From an uncultured Mycoplasmatota bacterium (GTDB taxonomy: Bacteria; Bacillota_I; Bacilli_A; RF39; UBA660): 51,553 bases of DNA. This document shows, in pieces, positions 35,171 to 43,712 of this stretch. Each line of letters begins with the position of its first letter. Within the stretch, counting starts at the first letter, position 1. A program made the translations under genes and the position numbers. The DNA is taken from NCBI GenBank assembly GCA_947574085.1, contig CANPIH010000001.1, positions 1 to 51,553 of the forward strand. The letters are read 5' to 3'. The notes below the pieces were generated by a model. It had not been told where the DNA came from and did no database searches. It worked only from the letters and a program-made list of their open reading frames with translations.

Positions 35171-35959
35171 TTACATCCCCATCAGCATTAATACTGCAAA
35201 TATCAAAAGAATCATAACTCCAAGACCAGTTGTAATCAACATACTCATCGTTTTGGATTCCATTTTTTCTAATCTTTCCTTATATTTTGTTTCTCTTGCT
35301 TTTTGTTGTAAATTTGAAATCGTTTTGGAAAAAGCTAGCAATTGTTCTTGCTTATGCTCTTGACGTCCTAAGCTTAAACGATACAATAAACGCATCATAC
35401 GCATAGAATCTCTTACAGGATATTCTCTAGCAAAATTTACATAAGGTTCTATAGTATTGTTACCAGCATTGATCTCATTAATCAATTCTTGCAATCCCTC
35501 TCTAAATATAGGAGGAGCATCATTAATAGATTTTCCCAAAGCTACTGGCACTGTATAATGTTGAATAAGAATTTCTAAACTTTTTAAATAATGTGGCAAC
35601 ATAGAATTGATTTCGTGTAAGTGTGCTTTATAATATTTTTTTATATTCAAATAATCCAATTTAAAAACTAAAAAACCACCTAGAAAACAAAACAATACTG
35701 TTACATAATTCAATTTCGAAATCAAGCAAAATACTAAAACTATAATAGTAATTAATCCATTACGAATTCTTTTATTAAATAAAATATCACTATTTACACC
35801 TTCTCCATATTTTGCTTTTACATAAAAATCCCAATCGTCTTCTTTTAATTTACGGAAATAAACTTCATTATCTCTAATAAAACGATTTGTACTAATGCGT
35901 CCAGTGTAGTTCATAATGTAAAGGAAAATAACTCCAATAATTACAATTTCTATTGCCAT
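35171..35959 (-). CDS. TadC-like platform protein (T2SS-F family)
   Basis: 262 aa with TM segments at both ends flanking a cytoplasmic helical domain (LPHYLKSLEILIQHYTVPVALGKSINDAPPIFREGLQEL). Paired with the upstream paralog next to the TadA ATPase. Confidence 0.65.
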   Translation of the reverse strand: MAIEIVIIGVIFLYIMNYTGRISTNRFIRDNEVYFRKLKEDDWDFYVKAKYGEGVNSDILFNKRIRNGLITIIVLVFCLISKLNYVTVLFCFLGGFLVFKLDYLNIKKYYKAHLHEINSMLPHYLKSLEILIQHYTVPVALGKSINDAPPIFREGLQELINEINAGNNTIEPYVNFAREYPVRDSMRMMRLLYRLSLGRQEHKQEQLLAFSKTISNLQQKARETKYKERLEKMESKTMSMLITTGLGVMILLIFAVLMLMGM

Positions 35960-35960
35960 A

Positions 35961-36854
35961 TTATTCTACCCCCACATCATCGTTATAATATTTTTCTCCA
36001 CTTATAAGAAAGAAACAGTTGATCCAAATGATGGCGTGCAAAACAAGTTTTACATACCAAATATCGAGAAGTTCAATATAACTATCTGTACCTAGCAAAA
36101 ACTGCATGGCCATTACAAGTAAAAATAAGGCAAGTCCAAATGTAATAAAACGTTTGTGAAAATTTTTACGATCTGCTTGATCACGATATACACCTTCTAC
36201 CAGTGCATCAATGTCCTGAGACATATTTTCTAAAGCTTCTCCAGAATCTTTAGCCCCTTCTTTCGTTATTTGTAAAAAAAGTTGATTCATATTTTTTACC
36301 ATATAGAAGGGATATTTTTCATTAAAGAAATCAATAGATTCGTCAATCGTTCCATTTTGATAAGACATTTCTATCATTATTTTTACATCTTGTAAAACAG
36401 GATCCTCCAAAATTCCAGAATCTCTTACTCCTTCTAGACTTTTTACATAACTTTGAGTTGTAGTAAATTCCATTATTACATTGGTTGTATAAATTTGAAT
36501 TTGTTCAAATATAAATTCACTGTAAATTTTTTGATATCTTAAATATGCCAAATAAGGGATAAAAGCAATAGATGCAAGTACATAAAAAATAACCGCTAGA
36601 ATATTGTAAAAGTAAAGATAAGAAATTCCACCAGCAATAACAGCAAATAAAATTACTTGACTAGTATATTGACGTACTGTAAATTCTTGTCCTAATGATT
36701 TTACTTTTTCTCTTACTTCTTTATAACTATAGGGAGCAAATTTGTCGTATGTATCTTTTACTTGTGTTATAAAGAATCGATAAACATTTTCTCCATTGTT
36801 TTGACGATAAGAGACAACATAAATCCCTATAATCCATAAAATGATTAATTCCAT
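35961..36854 (-). CDS. TadB-like platform protein (T2SS-F family)
   Basis: 297 aa with the same TM-helical domain-TM layout. 1-nt gap to the next gene. Confidence 0.65.
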   Translation of the reverse strand: MELIILWIIGIYVVSYRQNNGENVYRFFITQVKDTYDKFAPYSYKEVREKVKSLGQEFTVRQYTSQVILFAVIAGGISYLYFYNILAVIFYVLASIAFIPYLAYLRYQKIYSEFIFEQIQIYTTNVIMEFTTTQSYVKSLEGVRDSGILEDPVLQDVKIMIEMSYQNGTIDESIDFFNEKYPFYMVKNMNQLFLQITKEGAKDSGEALENMSQDIDALVEGVYRDQADRKNFHKRFITFGLALFLLVMAMQFLLGTDSYIELLDIWYVKLVLHAIIWINCFFLISGEKYYNDDVGVE

Positions 36855-36871
36855 TTTTTTGCACCTACTTT

Positions 36872-38032
36872 CTAAATAACCTCTGTATTTGTCATTCTTG
36901 GCATACTATAAGTACTTGTATTCATAGTTGTAGTACTTGATTGTAATTTTGTAGCTGAAGCAGAAACATTATCATTATTTGTCCTAAAAATATTTTCTGG
37001 TACCATAACACCTTGAATAGCTAAATAATCTTTTAAATGTTTAGTTGGGTTTTTTAAAGCTAATTTTCCATCCATTGTTTTTTGATAAATGATATTCACT
37101 TGTGGCTTATTTTCCTCATCTACATAAAACTCACATATTTCCATAATTTCTCTTTGAAATCTTCCTAGTTCTTTGCTCATATATCCTTTTACATAAACTC
37201 CAATTTGAATATAGCGATGAATAGTAGTTAAAAATTGCTCAACATCCTGATTAGATTCCAACAAACTATACATACGCATAGGTATACTACTGGCTTTATC
37301 TGAGTGAATAGTTGATAAAATGTGATGCCCAGAAGAAATTGAATTACGTATTGCAAGTACAGCCTCAGCACTACGAACTTCAGACAATAATATCCAAATT
37401 GGATTTTGACGCATACAGGTAACCAAAACCTCTGAATAAGAAGCAATATTATTGGTTTTCATAGCCACTATATCTCTATGAGGAAAAATTCGATCCAAAT
37501 GAAGCTCTAATGTATCTTCAATTGTTATAATTTTTTCATCCTCTTTTGTAGTACCCGCCAAATATTTAACCAACTCTGTTTTTCCAGAACCTGTTTCTCC
37601 GCTTACTATAATATTCGCATGTCCTTTTACACATTGTAACAAAAAATCCAATAAATCTTCTGAAACGTATTTCTCATTAATTAATTTTTCTTTATTCAAA
37701 CGAATTTTTGCTGGAGTTTTACGAATCAAACAAGCAATTCCATTGGTAGCAATAGAATCATGTATAAAATTCAAACGCAATTCTGTAGATTCAGCATCTA
37801 AAAAAGGATGAGCCATATTGAAAGTCTTCCCCATAACATTTGAACATTGAAAAGCCAATTTTTCCATAAGGTTATTATTAATCTCTGGTCTTTCCACTTT
37901 ATAAACACCACGAGAAAGTGTCTTAACCCATACTTGTCCACCATTACTATAGGAAATATCTGTTACATCATCTACTCGTAAAAATTCTTCTAAAGGACCA
38001 AAGTCCAATTGAGAAAATATTGAATCATCCAT
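36872..38032 (-). CDS. TadA/CpaF-type secretion ATPase (T2SS-E / VirB11 superfamily)
   Basis: Walker A VSGETGSGKTE, Walker B-like MRQNPIWILLSEVR, His box GHHILSTIHS. Confidence 0.9.
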   Translation of the reverse strand: MDDSIFSQLDFGPLEEFLRVDDVTDISYSNGGQVWVKTLSRGVYKVERPEINNNLMEKLAFQCSNVMGKTFNMAHPFLDAESTELRLNFIHDSIATNGIACLIRKTPAKIRLNKEKLINEKYVSEDLLDFLLQCVKGHANIIVSGETGSGKTELVKYLAGTTKEDEKIITIEDTLELHLDRIFPHRDIVAMKTNNIASYSEVLVTCMRQNPIWILLSEVRSAEAVLAIRNSISSGHHILSTIHSDKASSIPMRMYSLLESNQDVEQFLTTIHRYIQIGVYVKGYMSKELGRFQREIMEICEFYVDEENKPQVNIIYQKTMDGKLALKNPTKHLKDYLAIQGVMVPENIFRTNNDNVSASATKLQSSTTTMNTSTYSMPRMTNTEVI

Positions 38033-38063
38033 TTCTAGACACCCTCTTTATCATCTTTTTTTG

Positions 38064-38903
38064 TTATTGATTATTGTTATTATCATTATTATTATCATTT
38101 TGATTTGTGCTTGAGGTTGTATTTTGCGGAATTGTTGCACTTTTTGCTAAAATGAAACTTTTAATATAATCACTTGATACATTGGTTTCTCCAGGATTTG
38201 CACTATAAGATGCATTTCTTGGAACTGGAACAATCTCAATTGAAGATCCACTTATATACCCAGCTTTCATTAATAATTCATACATATCATTTGGTACAGC
38301 AAATAATAACTCACTTGGTGTACGAGATTCTACAGTTGTTTCAAACACATGATTTCCTTGACTGTCTTTTACCGCCAATACTTTAATGCTTTCAATAAAT
38401 TTTCCATACATAACAAGACCTGTATCGTCAATTCCTTTAAAATACAAATCAATATAATTTTCAGGATAAATTGAATTACCATAAGTAGTATGTAAATTAA
38501 CATTCAAACTATAAATCGTATAGCCATCTGGAATATCTGCAAATGCACTATCAGGCATTTCATTGGATTTCAAAATTTGTGATTTATAAAACATACTATT
38601 AGCTGGCACAGTTGTACCAAAAGACACATAATTATTAATAAGTTCATTGGCATTTGTAATTAAATTTGAACTATTTCTCACTACACTACTAGATACTTCC
38701 ATATAACCAATCATGTCAGAAGTAATTAAAGTACGTGAAGATATTTCTTGTTTTGCATATGGTACAGTAACTGGAGTTGTAGCTTGTTTTACACGATAAT
38801 TATAACCTAAATATATAACCAATATAGCAAGTAATACTCCCAAAATTGTTACAGTGTTTTTGTTGGCTAAAAATCTTTTAACCGTTGTTAATACATTTCC
38901 CAT
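38064..38903 (-). CDS. CpaB/RcpC-like pilus assembly protein (N-terminal TM + SAF-like domain)
   Basis: TM TVTILGVLLAILVIYLGY, then VTVPYAKQEISSRTLITSDMIGYMEV, typical of the CpaB N-terminal region. Asn/Asp-rich C-terminus. Confidence 0.6.
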   Translation of the reverse strand: MGNVLTTVKRFLANKNTVTILGVLLAILVIYLGYNYRVKQATTPVTVPYAKQEISSRTLITSDMIGYMEVSSSVVRNSSNLITNANELINNYVSFGTTVPANSMFYKSQILKSNEMPDSAFADIPDGYTIYSLNVNLHTTYGNSIYPENYIDLYFKGIDDTGLVMYGKFIESIKVLAVKDSQGNHVFETTVESRTPSELLFAVPNDMYELLMKAGYISGSSIEIVPVPRNASYSANPGETNVSSDYIKSFILAKSATIPQNTTSSTNQNDNNNDNNNNQ

Positions 38904-38915
38904 TTTTCATTCCTC

Positions 38916-39338
38916 CTAATTATCGGATGCTTTTTCTGGAACCATAAGTTCTAGAATTGCATCCACTTTATTTACTATATCAAATGAAGTTTGATCACCT
39001 GCTATTGTAAAACTTTTCGATTTACTTGAAACTTTCACACTTACCTTTGGTGGTGCTTCATAAATATCATAAAATGATATTTCGTAAGTATTAAAGCTTA
39101 CATTTTCTGCAAACCTTCTAATAAACGATTCAATAAACTTTTCACGATCTATTTTAAGTTCGCCATACTTACGATAGTATCCATAATTTACAGCATCTAC
39201 CATAGCGGCTTCTGTAACTTCTTTAATTAAATAATAATCTTGTGTATTTTGAGTAGTAACGCTAGAAATCAACATCATAATAACTACTACAAAAACACCT
39301 AACATTATAATCCAATAACCCCAATACGTTTCTTTCAC
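38916..39338 (-). CDS. Small N-terminally anchored protein with a pilin-like leader
   Basis: MKETYWGYWIIMLGVFVVVIMMLISS resembles the MKEA/MREA leaders of the pilin and pseudopilin genes. Confidence 0.45.
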   Translation of the reverse strand: MKETYWGYWIIMLGVFVVVIMMLISSVTTQNTQDYYLIKEVTEAAMVDAVNYGYYRKYGELKIDREKFIESFIRRFAENVSFNTYEISFYDIYEAPPKVSVKVSSKSKSFTIAGDQTSFDIVNKVDAILELMVPEKASDN

Positions 39339-39355
39339 TAGTTATTCACCTCTTT

Positions 39356-42316
39356 TTACTTCCAAGCTGGTCCAACACTTGCTTTAAGTAATTCCACATT
39401 TACAACACCTGTTGCTGGATTTGCTTGTACTTGCTCTCCAGTCCATAACTTCCAATTATTATTTAAAGTTCCCGCTGAAAAGTAATTTTTATTAATAGGT
39501 CGATTGGATTGACCCATATCTCGTAAGAAAGAACTATATCCGGCAATGTTGGTAATACCATCTACACTTTCATACGTTAAATCTTGTGCTACATAAGTAC
39601 CAGTGTTTTTATTATAATCACGTATATTTTTCATATTGGTTGGTGTAATTGTAAATGTATATTCTGCATTTTGGTAAGCATTTTCTGGTAAATCCTCAGT
39701 AATTTTTTTAAACGTTTCTGACGCTTTTTGACTTGCTTTTTCATTCCAATTTATACCCAACTCACGATTATTTGGATTAAAATCATTTAGTGACACTGTA
39801 CGATAAAAATACGTATCTTCACCATCAAATACACAATTTATACAATAAACTTTGCACTCTGGACAATCTGGTTCAATAATTACACATTCGTATTGTCCTC
39901 TTTTTTCACAAGTTGTTTGATCTGGTAAAAGCGATTCAGGAGGACATTCGCATGAATATTCACAATCTGGACAATCCACCACATATACACAAACGTATTC
40001 TAAATCCGTTTCTATTCCTTTATTCTTTTTCTCTAAAATTTCATTTAATCTTCCTAACTTACAGGAAGGCTCAGAAGAATCATTATACTGCCCCATATTT
40101 GAAAATTTAAACGACCATTTGTACACTCCAGTTGGAGTTTTTAATGCTATTGGGAATACAGCTCCTAAATATTCATATGGTGATTGAGGTTCTCCACTTC
40201 CTGGAGGCTTTTCCTCGATAGTTCCATGTGGAAAATTAGATTGAAATTGGGTCTTATTTTTTATTGTTGCTATTCCCTCTGAAACTTTTTTTACATGAAA
40301 ATACTCTGTTGAAATATTTTCTGCTTTTGTCTCTAAACGACAACCACTCTCATCACAAAATAAATAAGTAATAGTTTCTAAATTTCCTTCTTGCATTCCA
40401 CTTGTATAGTATTCATTCATCTCTGTGTTTTTGGAATACGTTACCTCTTTATCATTATTTGGAGCTGGAATATTGTATTCTAATTCAATATTATATGGTT
40501 CTTCATAAGCAAAATCAAGAATAGGATCTAGACAAAGTTTATTACTCCAATTAAAACACTCTTTAAACTTTTTAATTATATCATTTAAATTAGATGCAGC
40601 CTTTTGCATTTTAGCTTTTGCCTCTATTACAGCTTGTTCAAATTGCTCTTCCGTATAATTACCTCGATCTTCTGTTTCTGTACATTGGCAACTTCCAGTA
40701 GAACAAATACCACCAGTTGGTGACGAACCATCAGAACATTTACCACACGATGTTGTAGTTATTTTAAGACCCCAAGTACGTTCAGTTGTCATTTTTGTTG
40801 CTGTTTTATTTGCTTGACAAACACCTGTTTTTTTATCACAAATGCTATCATCTATTGTATAGGCACTGTATGACGATGAAGCTATACTTTTAAATTCTTC
40901 ATCAGCCTTAGAAGTATCACAATGTGACGTTTTGGTAATTGTTGGATTTTTAGAAAGTTCTAGTTCTTTTTTGGCTTTTTCATAATCATTTGCAGCGCTT
41001 AACATTGCTTTTTGAGCATTAATAACATCTTCTATAAATCCGCTTTTATTAACAGTGTCATTGTCTCCACCAATTTTTATATTAGTTTTTTCTGGATCAC
41101 TGTCTGGATTTGTAGTATAACAAGTCCTTGTAGCCTTAATTGTTGTATCTTGTAATGTAAAATATCTTCCACTTGTTGTAAATTGTGATCCTGGTAAAGT
41201 CATATTATAATCTTCTTTACAATAAACTGCACAATAGGGATTATCGACAACTTGACCATCCGTCATCTTATAAGAAACCCCTTCTTCGTTTCCTAATGCA
41301 TCATTAAGAATACAATATTTAACATTCGTTTCTTCTTCTAAATTATCTGGATTATCTGGATTTGTAACTTTGATTGATGCTTCGTTTTCTCCTTCATCAC
41401 AATACGTTGGCATTTTTAAAACAGTTTCTTGATTGCATTTACTTTCTCCGTTTTTATCACAATACTTCTTATAATAATTTCCACCAGTAGTAGCTCCCTC
41501 TACGGAACCAATAATCGTTCCATTTATTCCCCCTTCTGTAGAAGAATTACTGCTAGAATCTCCTGAAAAAGAAAATGTAATAGTTTGTTGTCCTTGAGCT
41601 ACACATTCAAAAAGATTAGTATTAGAATTTTGGTTATTATTACCAGAGGTAACAGCACTAATGGTAAAATTACAATCTGGTTCTTTTACTCGCACCTTTA
41701 CACTACCACTTGTACCATTCCAATTTTGTTCTATAACATCACAACCATTACTAGAATTACAAATAAAATTTATATTACTAATATTTGTTGAAGAGGATAC
41801 TTTGTAAGTAGCTTCATAAGTATTGTTGGTTTCTCGAAAATTTTCTTTAATAAAAACCAATTGTTCACTTTCATTTTTAACGTTTCTAGCAGCATCAACT
41901 AATTGATTAATTTCACTTGCCAAATCTCCTGAAACTGTATGGTAGTCTTTATACCTACGTACAGCCGCCGTAATAATATCATCATTCTTTCCAGAATTTA
42001 AAATATAAAGCAAACCTGGGTCATGCACACTCTGGCAGAAATAATTATTTGCCACTCGGTTTGGTTCTGAAGGATACCCAACTAACCTTTGTCCATAGTT
42101 TTCACAATAGCCTTTGTACTCTTGACCATTGTATCTTACTTTTATTGAATAACTTTTATGGAGATGTTGTCCATCATAAATAATACCTGGATTAACTTTT
42201 GCATCTTCTCTTCTTGTAGTAGTACCTGCCAAAGCATTTAGTGCATAAACATTAGATGGTAGTAATAAAATTCCCATAAATAGAAATATAAAATATTTTA
42301 TTTTATTTTTTTTCAT
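39356..42316 (-). CDS. Large secreted Cys-rich protein (candidate adhesin or pilus-associated protein)
   Basis: Signal peptide MKKNKIKYFIFLFMGILLLPSNVYA. Cys clusters such as CPDCEYSCECPP and CPECKVYCINC. No LPXTG motif and no C-terminal TM. Confidence 0.6.
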   Translation of the reverse strand: MKKNKIKYFIFLFMGILLLPSNVYALNALAGTTTRREDAKVNPGIIYDGQHLHKSYSIKVRYNGQEYKGYCENYGQRLVGYPSEPNRVANNYFCQSVHDPGLLYILNSGKNDDIITAAVRRYKDYHTVSGDLASEINQLVDAARNVKNESEQLVFIKENFRETNNTYEATYKVSSSTNISNINFICNSSNGCDVIEQNWNGTSGSVKVRVKEPDCNFTISAVTSGNNNQNSNTNLFECVAQGQQTITFSFSGDSSSNSSTEGGINGTIIGSVEGATTGGNYYKKYCDKNGESKCNQETVLKMPTYCDEGENEASIKVTNPDNPDNLEEETNVKYCILNDALGNEEGVSYKMTDGQVVDNPYCAVYCKEDYNMTLPGSQFTTSGRYFTLQDTTIKATRTCYTTNPDSDPEKTNIKIGGDNDTVNKSGFIEDVINAQKAMLSAANDYEKAKKELELSKNPTITKTSHCDTSKADEEFKSIASSSYSAYTIDDSICDKKTGVCQANKTATKMTTERTWGLKITTTSCGKCSDGSSPTGGICSTGSCQCTETEDRGNYTEEQFEQAVIEAKAKMQKAASNLNDIIKKFKECFNWSNKLCLDPILDFAYEEPYNIELEYNIPAPNNDKEVTYSKNTEMNEYYTSGMQEGNLETITYLFCDESGCRLETKAENISTEYFHVKKVSEGIATIKNKTQFQSNFPHGTIEEKPPGSGEPQSPYEYLGAVFPIALKTPTGVYKWSFKFSNMGQYNDSSEPSCKLGRLNEILEKKNKGIETDLEYVCVYVVDCPDCEYSCECPPESLLPDQTTCEKRGQYECVIIEPDCPECKVYCINCVFDGEDTYFYRTVSLNDFNPNNRELGINWNEKASQKASETFKKITEDLPENAYQNAEYTFTITPTNMKNIRDYNKNTGTYVAQDLTYESVDGITNIAGYSSFLRDMGQSNRPINKNYFSAGTLNNNWKLWTGEQVQANPATGVVNVELLKASVGPAWK

Positions 42317-43071
42317 AATACTCTACTCCTTTTCTTTTTTATAAGAATCACAGTAGTAGCAACCCCCGCTACAATAATGATAATTATTATACTATTTATA
42401 ATTATTTTATTGTCTTGATAAAACGCTTGTAGTTTTTCAAAAAAATTCTTATTATTATCTTGATGATTTTTTTCTATTTCTGTTTCTTCATTTTTTTTAT
42501 ATTCTTTTATCTTGTCTTTAAATTCGTTTATAGAAATGTTACTGGACGATAAAAACTCTTGGCAGTAATAAAAATCAGTGACTCCATTACATTCTGGCCA
42601 TTCCGAAAAAAAATTATAAATAGGTGTCGTAAGAGTGAATTTTCGAAATAATTCTCCAGCACAAGAATACTTATCTGAATAAACTTCTATAGTATAAGTT
42701 TTCAGATTGTACACATCTTCCGTTCTAAATTTCATTGAACCATTCTCTGTATCTTTATATCTGTATGTTATAACATTATTATCCAAATCATTACTAACTT
42801 TAACATAAATATCATCAGTAATATTCAAAATACTTATATCAAATCCTTTTACATAATAATCAACTAAACCATCTTCACTATCTGTAACACCATCTATATC
42901 TACTAATTTTCCGGCGTATATTTCCACTACTTCATAGGTTGCTTTTACATTGGCAACTATATCGTTTAATTCTGCTTGTTCACTATAACTACAAGAACTA
43001 ATAGCTTTAACTGAATTTGGAGTCAATAATATAATCGCTAGTAAAAACAATTTTTGCAAATTTGTTTTCAT
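42313..43071 (-). CDS. Secreted protein with a C-terminal TM anchor; first gene of the array
   Basis: Signal peptide ..LLTPNSVKA. C-terminal IIIIIIVAGVATTVILIKKKRSR. 4-nt overlap with the next gene. Confidence 0.5.
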   Translation of the reverse strand: MKTNLQKLFLLAIILLTPNSVKAISSCSYSEQAELNDIVANVKATYEVVEIYAGKLVDIDGVTDSEDGLVDYYVKGFDISILNITDDIYVKVSNDLDNNVITYRYKDTENGSMKFRTEDVYNLKTYTIEVYSDKYSCAGELFRKFTLTTPIYNFFSEWPECNGVTDFYYCQEFLSSSNISINEFKDKIKEYKKNEETEIEKNHQDNNKNFFEKLQAFYQDNKIIINSIIIIIIVAGVATTVILIKKKRSRVL

Positions 43072-43102
43072 CTAATCCACCCAACCTAAATAATCTGCCA
43101 TG

Positions 43103-43131
43103 ATTATAACATAAAGATTTAGGGAATACAA
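43103..43131 (-). promoter_or_regulatory. Extended -10 sigma-A promoter for the first gene of the array
   Basis: On the minus strand: TTGTAT (43131-43126), 17 nt, TGTTATAAT (TATAAT at 43108-43103). Confidence 0.5.
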
Positions 43132-43249
43132 GGGAAAATTTGCTTTAAATAAAGGATCTCAAAGTAATCAAACAAACAAAATAATAAACAAAAAATAAAT
43201 CGACTTTAAAATTTTTACAATCTATGTTATATTTTAAATGGTGATTGTA

Positions 43250-43711
43250 ATGGAAAATAAAAAAAGAACTTTTATACTTTGCTCAGTACTAATAATAATG
43301 TTGGGAGTAGGAATTATTTTTATTTGTCGTTCTACTTTCAATAATAATAATAATAATAATAAAGAATCCAAATTAGTATCGATTTCTGTAACAGAATTGG
43401 AAGCAAAAATGAACAAGAAAGAAAACTTTGTACTCGTTCTTAGTCAAACTGGTTGTAGTCATTGTGAACAATACTTACCAGAATTAGATCGTACATTAAA
43501 AGAAGTAAAATTTAATGCATTTGTTATAAATGTTACAGACCTTTCGAGTGAAGAAATGGCTGTTTTAAATCGTCATGTAAATTTTTCTGGAACCCCTACT
43601 ACCATTTTTTTTCATGAAGGAAATGAATCAACAACTTTAAATCGAATTGTAGGATATGCGGGCAAAGCTAAAATAATAGAAAGATTAAAATCATTGGGGT
43701 ATATAGATTAA
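43250..43711 (+). CDS. Membrane-anchored extracytoplasmic thioredoxin-like protein (CxxC)
   Basis: TM FILCSVLIIMLGVGIIF, a poly-Asn linker, then VLVLSQTGCSHCEQYLPEL and the cis-Pro motif GTPTTIFF. Confidence 0.75.
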   Translation: MENKKRTFILCSVLIIMLGVGIIFICRSTFNNNNNNNKESKLVSISVTELEAKMNKKENFVLVLSQTGCSHCEQYLPELDRTLKEVKFNAFVINVTDLSSEEMAVLNRHVNFSGTPTTIFFHEGNESTTLNRIVGYAGKAKIIERLKSLGYID

Positions 43712-43712
43712 T

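Larger units (their letters stand above)
17684..43071 (-). other. Co-directional Tad-pilus + type IV secretion gene array (about 25 genes)
   Basis: Every ORF from 43071 down to 17684 is on the minus strand. Most gaps are small or are 4-nt overlaps. There are three internal sigma-A-like promoters. Component calls are listed individually. Confidence 0.75.

Noticed and set aside
43340-43360. (AAT)7 microsatellite in the thioredoxin-like gene, and Asn/Asp-coding repeats at the 3' end of the CpaB-like gene (about 38067-38100)
   Set aside because: Trinucleotide units stay in frame, so slippage changes only linker length. They are not frameshift-type phase-variation switches.
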